A DNA stretch of 32,514 nt from Octopus bimaculoides (Eukaryota): contig NC_069000.1 in assembly GCF_001194135.2 (NCBI RefSeq), positions 44,404,612-44,437,125 on the forward strand, in the 5' to 3' direction. The position numbers were made by a program, and so were the translations under genes. Positions within the stretch are counted from its first letter, which is position 1; the number at the start of each line of letters is the position of its first letter. The notes under the pieces were generated by a model. That model did not search any database, was not told the origin of the DNA, and worked only from the letters and a program-made list of their open reading frames with translations. Below, in pieces: positions 1 to 8,870 of this stretch.

Positions 1-25
1 ACATAGATGTGTGTGCATGTGCATA

Positions 26-172
26 GGCGCAGGAGTGGTCGTGTGGTAAGAAGCTTGCTTCTCAACCACATGGTTCTGGGTTCAGTCCTACTGTGTGGTC
101 CTTTACTATAGCTTTGGGCCAACAAAAGCCTTATAAGTGGATTTGGTAGATGGAAACTGAAAGAAGCCCATC

Positions 173-208
<36 letters not shown>

Positions 209-416
209 CTGTGTTTGTCCCCCCCACCACTATCGCTTGACAACCAATGTTGGTGTATTTACGTCCCTGTAACTTAGCAGTTTGGCAAAAGAGACCGATA
301 GAATAAGTGTACTAGGCTTACAAAGAATAAGTCTTGGGGTCGATTTGTTCGACTAAAGGCAGTGCTCCAGCATGGCCACAGTCAAATGACTGAAACGAGT
401 AAAAGAATAAAAGAAT
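26..416 (+). mobile_element. tRNA-derived SINE (family A), with internal (TA)n/(TG)n tract
   Basis: Head has A-box-like GTGGTCGTGTGGTAAG and B-box-like GGGTTCAGTCC. The 3' module CATGGCCACAGTCAAATGACTGAAAC recurs at 4771, 18297, 21385 (minus) and 25513. The head recurs at 4465. Confidence 0.75.
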
Positions 417-633
417 TTTAATCTTTCTGGTTTCAAGTTCAATCTCACTGCGTGGCACCTTCGGGATAGCTTCTTCTGATACAGTCCAAAGCCAACCAAA
501 GCCTTATGAATGCATATCATTGATGAAAACTGAAAGAAGCCTTTTGTGTGTATGTGTATATGGGTGTGAAGAAGTATGGTCATGAGGGTGGCAGATGGAT
601 AGAATCGGTGAATGCAGGGTAAAAATAAAAAGA

Positions 634-853
634 TTAACCCTTTTGTTTTTAGATTATTCTGTCAACTGTAATACTTGTTAATTCACATTGATTTGAACTA
701 ATCTCACATTATCTTGTAGCTTTGCGATTTAGATGGTCTGAATGTTATTTTTCAGAAAATGTCATTGTAGGATGGGTGTGAGAGGCTGGATCTGGCCTGT
801 TTGAACTTAAAATGGGTGGACAATTTCGGCTGGATTAAATGCTAAAGGGTTAA
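634..853. mobile_element. Non-autonomous piggyBac-type DNA transposon (MITE)
   Basis: TTAA (634-637) followed by CCCTTT, and AAAGGG followed by TTAA (850-853). This is the TTAA target duplication with CCC/GGG termini typical of piggyBac. A partial internal copy lies at about 6413-6508. Confidence 0.7.
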
Positions 854-1945
854 AGTGAGTACCCGGGTGGACATGAGAAACATAAATCTCTTTTCTTTTT
901 AGAGAAACAAAAAACAAAAACACAAAAGTAGTGCACCATCTAGAAACCGTGTAATACAAATATCTAAATTTGTGGTTCTATACAACCCACATCTGCTCAG
1001 AAAATTGCACATGCAAGCCAACAAGGGGAACTTCAAAGTGGTCTGTTGACATGCTAGAAATGGCAGCAATATCTCCTTCAAATCACATCCTATTGTTTTA
1101 AAAGAGGAAAGGAAGAGAAATTGAATGAAGTGTCTTGAATGAAGATGGGATGGTCATGGTGGGAACACTTGATTCTTATCCAATTTGATTAGGGGTGACT
1201 AGGGGCTGAGCAACAACCAAGTAATCCTAAGCTAAGTGTGTGTGTGTGTGTGTGTAACCTGAATTTTTTTTCCCCTTTTATGCTAATTCATTTCATATAA
1301 GCCTTTGAGAAAGGCATAAACATCACAAACCCTAAAAAATTCCTTTTAGTAAAAAATCATTATTACTAATAGAAATACAAAAAGCTTAGTCATATTATTT
1401 CTTGTAGCTTTATGGTCTGAGTTCAAATTCCACCTAAGGCAACTTTACTTTTTCATCTTTCCAGGGTTAATAAAATGGGTGCCAGTTGAGCTCAAGGGGT
1501 CGACATAATCAACTAACTCCCTTCCACCAAACTTTCAGGCCTTGTGTCAATAATAGAAAGAATTATTATTTTAGAACTCATCATTAGCATGAGGTGAATG
1601 GTTTGACAGGAATACCATGGGATTGAAACTGAATCCATGTAATTGGAAGCAAACACTGAAAAAGCCACCAAAGCAGACACCACATGCTCTGATTTCAGGG
1701 TGTATAGAAGACAAGAAATAAACTTAAGGTTCATCATCATCATTTAACATCCATTGTCCATGCAGGCATGGGTTGGACAGTTTGACCAGGGCTGGCATTT
1801 ATTCTATCGATCTCAAAAGGATGAAGAGCTAAGTTAACAGCATTTGAACTCTGAACATAAACAGCTGGACAAAATACCACTAACCATCTGGTCCAGTGCA
1901 TTAACAGTTCGGCCTAATTGCTGCCTTGACAATAATTATAATAAG

Positions 1946-2159
1946 CTTTTCTACTGGAAGCACAAGGTCTCAAATCTGGGGGAAGGGATTAAGTTGATTA
2001 CATCGACCCCAGTGTGTAACTGGTACTAATTTTATCAACCCTGAAAGGATGAAAGGCAAAGTCGACCTCTGCGGAATTTGAACTCAGAACGTAATGGCAG
2101 ACGAAATACTGCAAAGCATTTTGCCCAGCGTGCTAACGATTCTGCCAGCTTGCTGTCCT
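1946..2159 (-). mobile_element. tRNA-derived SINE (family E), near full length
   Basis: Matches copies at 23369-23557 and 32146-32362 along their length (ATCGACCCCAGT...GAAAGGATGAAAGGCAAAGTCGACC...GGAATTTGAACTCAGAACG). B-box GAGTTCAAATTCC on the minus strand. Many decayed fragments elsewhere (about 1400-1510, 2180-2360, 9700-10010, 18330-18800, 19595-19740, 29475-29540). Confidence 0.8.
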
Positions 2160-2506
2160 AAACCATAATGATGATTACAATAATTTCTTGTATGAGGCAC
2201 AAAGTTAGAAAGAAGGTCGAGTGGGGAGGGAAGAATCAATAATGGTAATCCCAGTTTTTGATTGGTTCTACCCTAGAAGAATTTGAAATCAGAATGTGAA
2301 GGAAGGTAAATAAATACCACAAGGTATTTCATCTGGTGTTCAACTGTTTCTGCCATCTAGCACGCTAAAAGTAATAATAATAATGATAATAATGATAATA
2401 AATACTAAGTTATACTAACATGGCTGAATGGGAGAAGATGAAGAAAATATAAGATGAGGAAATGAAAAAAGAAGTTTAGGGAGTTTAGGCACACACAAGG
2501 GTAAGA

Positions 2507-4282
2507 TTAAGATGACAAATTGTGGATTTTAAGGTGTCTGTAGAGGTGGGAAGACTGGGAGAAGGCTCGGTTGCAAATATCGCAGATATAAGGTCGTTTT
2601 TGTTCATGGATTAATAAATGTCTCGAGAGATTTGAGGAACGAGAAAAAGCTTTGTTACAAATTTCACACTGATATGGTTTCTCGCCCGAATGAGTCCTTA
2701 AATGTATCGACAAGTTGGATGACTGGGAGAAAGATTTGTCGCAGACCAAACAACGGAATGGTTTCTCTCCAGAGTGAGTTTTCATGTGACGCGATAAATG
2801 AGAGGAATCTGTAAAAGTTTTGTTGCAAAGTTCACACCTGAACAGTTTCTCACTTGAATGAGTCTTCATGTGAAGCGCCATTGCTGAAGCTTCCAAGAAA
2901 CTTTGGTTACAGAAACCACACAAGTAAGGTTTTCTTTCAGGTATTTCTTCTGAAGAATACAGATTTTGGTTGTTGTTGTTGTTGTTGCTGAAAAACATGT
3001 TGGTATGAGGTGATTTCAATACATTTTCATTACACTTGCCACAAGGATAGTTTGGTGAAGGCGCTTTGATCTTTGGTTCTGCCGGAGGCTGATTATGTAT
3101 CTTTTGATGTCTGGTAAGATGTGAAGATTGTGAGAAAGACTTCTGGCAAATGGTACAGGTAAATGGTTTTTCTTCAGAATGGACTTTGATGTGTCTAGAC
3201 AAGTTGGAAGAGCGTGAAAAGGATTTGTCACAGATGTCGCAGGTGAATGGTTTCTCGCCAGAATGACTACGTAGATGAATCGACAGATTGGAAGACTGGG
3301 AAAATGCTTTCTCACACACGTGACACACGTAAGGTTTCTCCTCGTAGTGCGTTCGCATATGCCGTGCCAGGTGAGAAGACTGCAAGAAGGCGCGGTCACA
3401 TATGTTACAGACAAATGGTCTTTCTGCTGTGTGAATTTTGATATGACGAGAAAGACTTGAAGAACGAGAGAAACCCTTTTTGCAAATGTCACATTTGAAT
3501 GGCTCCTCACCTGTGTGTAACCGAGAGTGAAGAGAAAGATGTTCGGCTCGAAAAAATGCTTTGCCACATGTGGGACAGAAAAATGGTTTCACCTCAAAAT
3601 GGATCCGCAAGTGGCGTGTTAGATGTGATGACTGCAAGAAAGCTTTGTTACAAACTTGGCAGACATGAGATTTCTCCTGTGTATGAATCTTCATGTGGCG
3701 AGACAAATTTGAAGACCGCGAGAATGATTTGGCACACATATCACATTTGAATGGTTCGGTACCAGAATGGATGCGGAGATGAATGGACAAGTTGGATGTT
3801 TGAGAGAATGTCTTGTGACAATATTCACATGAATAAGGCCGATCTTTCGAATGGATACGCAGATGCCGTGTTAGATGAGACGACTGGGAAAAAGCTTTTA
3901 GACAAATCTCACAGACATAAGGACGTTCAGCAGTATGGATTTTATGGTGCCGAGACAGATTGGAAGAACGGGAAAATGCTTTCTTGCAGATCTTACACAC
4001 ATATGGTTTTTCCCCAGAATGGGTCTTCATGTGGTTTGACAAATGTGAAGATTGCACAAAAGCTTTATTGCAAATATCGCAAGCATATGGCCGACTGGCA
4101 TCATACACTTGTATGGAGATCCCTTTCGTGGTACCATTCTTCTTCAGAATATGTTTCGGTAACCAGGCTTTGATTAAATCATCAGTTAAGTTGTGAAAGC
4201 TCTTTTGGTGCAGAATGAACTCATCCTCTTCAGCAAAGATTATCATACAACTGGAACATTCATATGCTCTGATATCAGCCAT
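2507..4282 (-). CDS. C2H2 zinc-finger protein, 591 aa, 18 fingers (1 + 12 tandem + 5 tandem), single coding exon
   Basis: Repeated C-x2-C-x3-F-x5-L-x2-H-x3-H with TGEKP-like linkers (SGEKP, TAERP, TGEEP). No stops or frameshifts. An in-frame TGA 9 nt upstream of the ATG fixes the start. No KRAB, BTB or other effector domain recognised. Confidence 0.97.
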   Translation of the reverse strand: MADIRAYECSSCMIIFAEEDEFILHQKSFHNLTDDLIKAWLPKHILKKNGTTKGISIQVYDASRPYACDICNKAFVQSSHLSNHMKTHSGEKPYVCKICKKAFSRSSNLSRHHKIHTAERPYVCEICLKAFSQSSHLTRHLRIHSKDRPYSCEYCHKTFSQTSNLSIHLRIHSGTEPFKCDMCAKSFSRSSNLSRHMKIHTQEKSHVCQVCNKAFLQSSHLTRHLRIHFEVKPFFCPTCGKAFFRAEHLSLHSRLHTGEEPFKCDICKKGFSRSSSLSRHIKIHTAERPFVCNICDRAFLQSSHLARHMRTHYEEKPYVCHVCEKAFSQSSNLSIHLRSHSGEKPFTCDICDKSFSRSSNLSRHIKVHSEEKPFTCTICQKSFSQSSHLTRHQKIHNQPPAEPKIKAPSPNYPCGKCNENVLKSPHTNMFFSNNNNNNQNLYSSEEIPERKPYLCGFCNQSFLEASAMALHMKTHSSEKLFRCELCNKTFTDSSHLSRHMKTHSGEKPFRCLVCDKSFSQSSNLSIHLRTHSGEKPYQCEICNKAFSRSSNLSRHLLIHEQKRPYICDICNRAFSQSSHLYRHLKIHNLSS

Positions 4283-4382
4283 GATAACTCAATGTGGACA
4301 CACCAAACTTCAATCTTTAATCATTATAATCAAAAGATTCACTGATCATTTCAACAGATTATGGTTCACCATCTTGAACTGC

Positions 4383-4405
4383 CTGGAAATAGAAAGAGAG
4401 AAAGA
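4383..4405 (-). promoter_or_regulatory. Splice acceptor of the zinc-finger coding exon (5'-UTR intron)
   Basis: Minus strand reads CTCTTTCTCTCTTTCTATTTCCAG|GCAG: a polypyrimidine tract plus CAG, 100 nt upstream of the ATG. Confidence 0.7.
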
Positions 4406-4464
4406 GTTCCTTATTAGTGTTAATGTATGATCCCTAAGTATTCTTACACATACATACATGCAGG

Positions 4465-4573
4465 GGCAAGTGTGGCTGTGTGGTAGGAAGCATACTTCTC
4501 AACCACGTGGTTCTAAGTTCAGTCCCATTGTGTAGCACCTTGGGCAAGTGTCTTCTACTACAGCCTCGGGTCG
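4465..4573 (+). mobile_element. SINE family A 5' part (tRNA head plus CORE-like motif)
   Basis: Same head as position 26, followed by GCACCTTGGGCAAGTGTCTT, which resembles the CORE-SINE central motif. Confidence 0.65.
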
Positions 4574-5177
4574 ACTGAATTTAGTACAATTCTGCCATTT
4601 CACTGGCTCAGACTGGTACTTTTAAATCAACCCCTAAAAGGACATCAAGCTAAGACGACCTTAATGGAATTCAAACTCAGAATGCAGTGAGTCAAAACAA
4701 ATACCACAAAACTGATGTTCCAAAGAATAAGTCCTGGGGTCGGTTTGTTCGACTAAAAGCGGTACTCCAGCATGGCCGCAGTCAAATGACCGAAACAAAT
4801 AAGAAAATAAAAGAGTAAGTAGACTCTTGCTGTTATGTTCAGAGTTCCACATAGATTTATATTCCTGTCTGTTATTCTGTTATTCTGATTCTTTTTGGTT
4901 TCTTTGTTCTGTCTGTTCTTGTGCTGTGCACTCTCTGTTTCGGGCCTTTGTGCCTAACAAAGAGTTAATTCTTTTATGTTTCAGTGTAATGGTTAAGTAA
5001 CTCCTATAATAATTAGCATTAATAGTTTATTAAGTTCCTTGATAATCCGTTCTGGTTAAGCATCCAAATGCATTTACTTGGAACATCCAGTGCAGTGTTC
5101 CAAGCAACCAGAATGGTGAGACATATAAACTTGTGTTTATCTTAATCTCTCATATACATACCTATATATATATATAT

Positions 5178-5278
5178 CATCAGCATCATCATCATCGTTT
5201 AACGTCCGTTTTCCATGCTGACATGGGTTGGACGGTTTGACTGGGGACTGGCAAGCTAGAAGGCTGCACCAGGCTCCA
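5178..5278 (-). mobile_element. 3' end of an RTE-type LINE or LINE-tailed repeat
   Basis: (CAT)n-CGTTTAACGTCCGTTTTCCATGCTGACATGGGTTGGACGG. The same end occurs at 1732-1797, 6165-6412 (opposite strand) and 26603. Confidence 0.55.
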
Positions 5279-5428
5279 TATATATAATAATAATAATAAT
5301 ATTAATCCTGGGATGGAATTTATACACACTTACTGCATTGTTACCCACGTTTCCACAAATCACATGTCTCTTAAGATCACAACACATATGTATATATGGT
5401 TGGTTAGTCCATGGTATTCTGTAAGGAG

Positions 5429-5647
5429 CATGGAGCCAGTTTCCCGGTTTCTCTGGGGTATATATTCCCAACCTGGACAGGACGCTAGTCCCTCACAGGG
5501 TTACTCATTCGTGCCAGTTGAGTGGACTGGAGCAACGTGAAATGAAGTGTTTTGCTCAAGAACACGATGCGTCGCCTGGTTCGCAGATCGAAACCACAAT
5601 CTGAGGATCATATGTCCAACACTCTAACCACCAGGCCACGTGCCACC
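5429..5647 (-). mobile_element. tRNA-derived CORE-like SINE (family B)
   Basis: Minus strand TGGCCTGGTGGTTAGAGTG...GGTTTCGATC...TCTTGAGCAAAACACTTCATTTCACGTTGCTCCAGTCCACTCA aligns with the copy at 30925. Confidence 0.75.
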
Positions 5648-6164
5648 ACACACACAACCCATGCCAGAATGGAAAACAAACATGATGATGATGATATACA
5701 TATACGAAGCAGCTCTGAAGTCTTTCAATTCTAACAATTATATAATACATTTCTTTACAACCTAATAATCTGTCCATTTTGAAAGGACATGAAGCAAATG
5801 CGACCGTGGGTGGTGGAGCCAGGGAAGAGGCCACCACAGAAGCACAATGTATTGTTGTTGCTGTTGTTGGTGTGTTCGTTTCTGTTGCTTACAATTGCCA
5901 CTTCTGCGAACCACTTCTGCAGCCACTTAAAATCCAATGAGAAAATGAAAATGGCCTGACCCCACCAACTCCCTACTTAGAATCTACGAACGTTGAATGC
6001 AGATTTGGAAGTTTTTAAAAAGAAGCAACAACAACAACTACATCTGTGTTTGTATATCTGAAAGTGTGTGTGTGTGTGTCTTTGCAGTGATGTTGGTTTT
6101 TCTCGTCTCCCCTTAACAAACTGGTCGGCAGCAGCTTGACTTGCAAAGATGTGGAATAAGATAC

Positions 6165-6412
6165 CTGAACTCTTTAGCACGATTGGCCTGCAAGAGTCCT
6201 GTGTTGGTCCCACATAAAAAGCACTCATGCCAGTGTCATGTAAAAAGCACCCAGCACACTCTGTAAAGTGGTCAGTGTCAGGAAGGGCATCCGGCCATAG
6301 AAACCCAGCCAAATCAGATTGAAGCCTGGTGTATCTGTTTGGCTTGCCAATTCTGATCAAACTATCCATCCAACCCATGCCAGCATGGACAACAGACGTC
6401 AAATGATGATGA
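6165..6412 (+). mobile_element. RTE-type 3' end with (ATG)n tail
   Basis: Ends CCAACCCATGCCAGCATGGACAACAGACGTCAAATGATGATGAT, the reverse complement of the ends at 5178 and 26603. Confidence 0.55.
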
Positions 6413-7639
6413 TTATTTTGTCAAATGTAATGCTTCTTTATTCATGTTGTTTTGAATTAATCATGCATTCCTTATCTTGTAACTTCAAGAGTTCAATGAT
6501 GTGATTGCTGTACCAATATGAGTTTACATCCCTATAATGTAACAGTTTGGCAAGAAAGTCTGACAGAATGTGTACCAGGCTTCAAAAATCGAAAAGAAGG
6601 CAAGTTCTGGGATTGATTCTACAGAGCAGTGCCCCAGCGTGGCTGCAATCTAATGATAATAACAAGTAAAGGATAAAAGACAGAATTGATCCTCACACTA
6701 TTTCCGTTGGAATACACAGCCTTCGTTTCAATTAATTTTGAAAATAGTGACAAAGTTTGTCATTATTATTAAGCTGCTGTTTAGAACATAAAATGATGTG
6801 GAATTTCAACAGAGGGTTTTAATTGAGATCGTTTTAAAATAGGAAGTTTATTTCATGGAACCAGGAGTGTTCTCAGGCAGATTGGTATGAAATGGGTTAC
6901 ATAAAGTTGTTCACTTGTCAGGAAATATGGATGTTGACAGCAGACACACGTACTGTGAATAATTACTCAAGATTGGCAGTTGGTGACGTTTATGTAGTAA
7001 AACTCACAAAAATGTAAGCGAAACACAGGCACGCGACTGAGTTGAAGGCAGAATTACTTTTGCCTTTGTAACACGTAAAGAAAACGTTGTTGTAGGAATG
7101 TACGCAGCACGTGTACTACAGCAGTACTATACATAGTTTTAATATTGAAATTGAAAGGTAGGGGCAAATTATGTCTACCTAATCTACAAAAAAATGAAAT
7201 ATTTTGCATTTCATGCAGAGTAATCAGAGTAACCTTCGTAATTTTATTGAATTAGGTGCATATTTTGCCATAAAAGGAAAATGTTGCTATCGATCTATTT
7301 TATTCAAGGTAGGCATTGCCTACCTTGCCTACCCAGGTGGCACGTCCCTGGTTGGAAGAATGAAAACTTACGCTTTAAATAAGTGGATGGTAGTTTCTCA
7401 CAGTCTGAGAAAGACGGTTCTGCAATTTCTTGCAGGACAACCTGCACAAATGATTCGTTTATAGTGATCGAATGTTTGTGCATTAAATCAGGTGACTCTT
7501 TCCACCAAATAAACAACACCTGAACAGGAGCACAGTAAATAAATATGGTAATGAAAGGGTCAATGTTATCCTCAAACCAAATAAGCATGGCATAAGTGAC
7601 AAAGTAGTTGGGACTTTCATTAATAAATCACAAATACAA

Positions 7640-7936
7640 GCCATTTCTACATTTTTGAGATGAGGAATTATGTACATCATTTACAATGGAAGGATAAGTG
7701 TCTTCATCTTGTTTGTTGTAATCACGTTTCAGCTGGTGTACTCTCCAGCCCTCATCAGGTTTTCTGGTGGAATTTTGAACCCAACCCTTTATGTGACTAA
7801 CGGGGTACACTGTTCTCATTCCTAATGTATGTTGCCGATGTTACTTTTCAGTTGATTTTTTTTTTTTTAAAGTCCCTGACTGGGATTGAACTTAGAATCT
7901 GAGGGTTAGTAGCCCACCCTCTTATCCACTATGTCA
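7640..7936 (-). mobile_element. SINE-like element: tRNA-derived head, A-rich linker, body, hammerhead-bearing 3' region
   Basis: Minus strand 7936-7871 is tRNA-like (TAGTGGATAAG; GGG-CTACTAA-CCC anticodon arm; GTTCAATCCC). The body and tail align with 7937-8139 on the opposite strand. Confidence 0.7.
7720..7763 (-). ncRNA. Degenerate minimal hammerhead ribozyme motif (type I layout)
   Basis: CUGAUGA-G-GGCUGG[AGAGUACA]CCAGCU-GAAAC-GU. Core and stem II are intact, but a 3-nt deletion relative to the 8043 copy removes the cleavage nucleotide and the stem I partner. Confidence 0.6.
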
Positions 7937-8139
7937 TAAAAAAAATAATATCAACAGAAAAATAACATCAGCAACATACCTTAGGAATGAGAACCGTGTA
8001 CCCCATCAGTCAAATAAAGGGTGGGGCTCGAAATTCCACCAGAACACCTGATGAAGGCTGGAGAGTACACCAGCCAAAATGTTGTGATAATAACAAAGGT
8101 GAGGACATGTATCTGTCCACTGTAAATAATGTACAATTC
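7937..8139 (+). mobile_element. 5'-truncated copy of the hammerhead-bearing element, head-to-head with 7640-7936
   Basis: About 200 bp aligning by eye with the reverse complement of 7665-7868. No tRNA head. Confidence 0.7.
8043..8088 (+). ncRNA. Degenerate minimal hammerhead ribozyme motif (type I layout)
   Basis: AACAC-CUGAUGA-A-GGCUGG[AGAGUACA]CCAGCC-AAAAU-GU-U-GUGAU. Stem I (CAC/GUG) and a 6-bp stem II are present. GAAAC has become AAAAU through two CpG-type transitions. Confidence 0.6.
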
Positions 8140-8289
8140 ATTTGATGGGCTTCCAAGCAGTTTCCATCTATCCAATTTCACTCTCAAACCATAGGTTGAT
8201 CCAACACTATGGGTAAAGACACTTGCCCAAAATGCCACACACCCTATGTTCCTGTAGCTACTAAGTTATGGGGACATAAACAAACCAAC

Positions 8290-8535
8290 ACCTGTTGCCA
8301 TGTAGCGGCGAAAGACAACCACAAAGAACTATTTACTCTTTTATTGTTTCAATCATTGGACTGTGGCCATGCTGGGGCACTTATCTGAAAGGGTCAGTCA
8401 AGCAAATCAACCCCAGTGTTTATTTTTAAGTTTGGTACTCATTCTATCGTTCTCTTTTGCCAAGGTGCTAAGTTATGGGTTCATAAATAAACCAACACTC
8501 GTTGCCAAGAGGTGGTGGAGACAAACAGTAATGCG
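8290..8535 (-). mobile_element. SINE family A 3' portion
   Basis: Reverse complement of the 230-415 segment (TGTTTCAATCATTGGACTGTGGCCATGCTGG; CTCTTTTGCCAAGGTGCTAAGTTA). Confidence 0.6.
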
Positions 8536-8544
8536 CATAGACAG

Positions 8545-8560
8545 GTAAATAGATAGATAA

Positions 8561-8621
<61 letters not shown>

Positions 8622-8870
8622 AGTGCGCATGCGAAAGAGAGAAAAGGGACAGAGAAATAGAAAGAGAGGAAGAATGTGTGTAAAGGAGAAAGGGATAGTA
8701 TGCATGAAGGTGGGGAAAAGAGAGGGGAAGAAAGGGATTGTGTATGAGGGAGAGAAAGGGTCAGGGTATAAAAGAAAGATAGAAGAGACGAAGAGAAGGG
8801 GTGTGTGTGTGTGTGAGCGTGTTGTGAAGACAAGGAGCGTAAAATAAGTATGGAAGGAAGTAAAGGGAAA
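8545..8870 (+). repeat. (GATA)n/(AG)n microsatellite (AG at 8571-8613) grading into a purine-rich low-complexity tract
   Basis: Direct reading. Confidence 0.9.

Noticed and set aside
2632-4430. ORFs overlapping the zinc-finger CDS (2632, 3016, 3247, 3275, 3499, 3751, 3960, 4215)
   Set aside because: Antisense or alternative-frame shadows of the periodic C2H2 codon pattern, with no independent motifs.
7204-7819. Short ORFs at 7204, 7304, 7483 and 7628
   Set aside because: No motifs. The 7628 ORF is a translation of the hammerhead-bearing repeat.
7871-7936. tRNA-like sequences (also 26-90, 23827-23901, 30930-31000) as functional tRNA genes
   Set aside because: Acceptor stems do not pair and most continue into repeat bodies, so they are SINE heads or pseudogenes.
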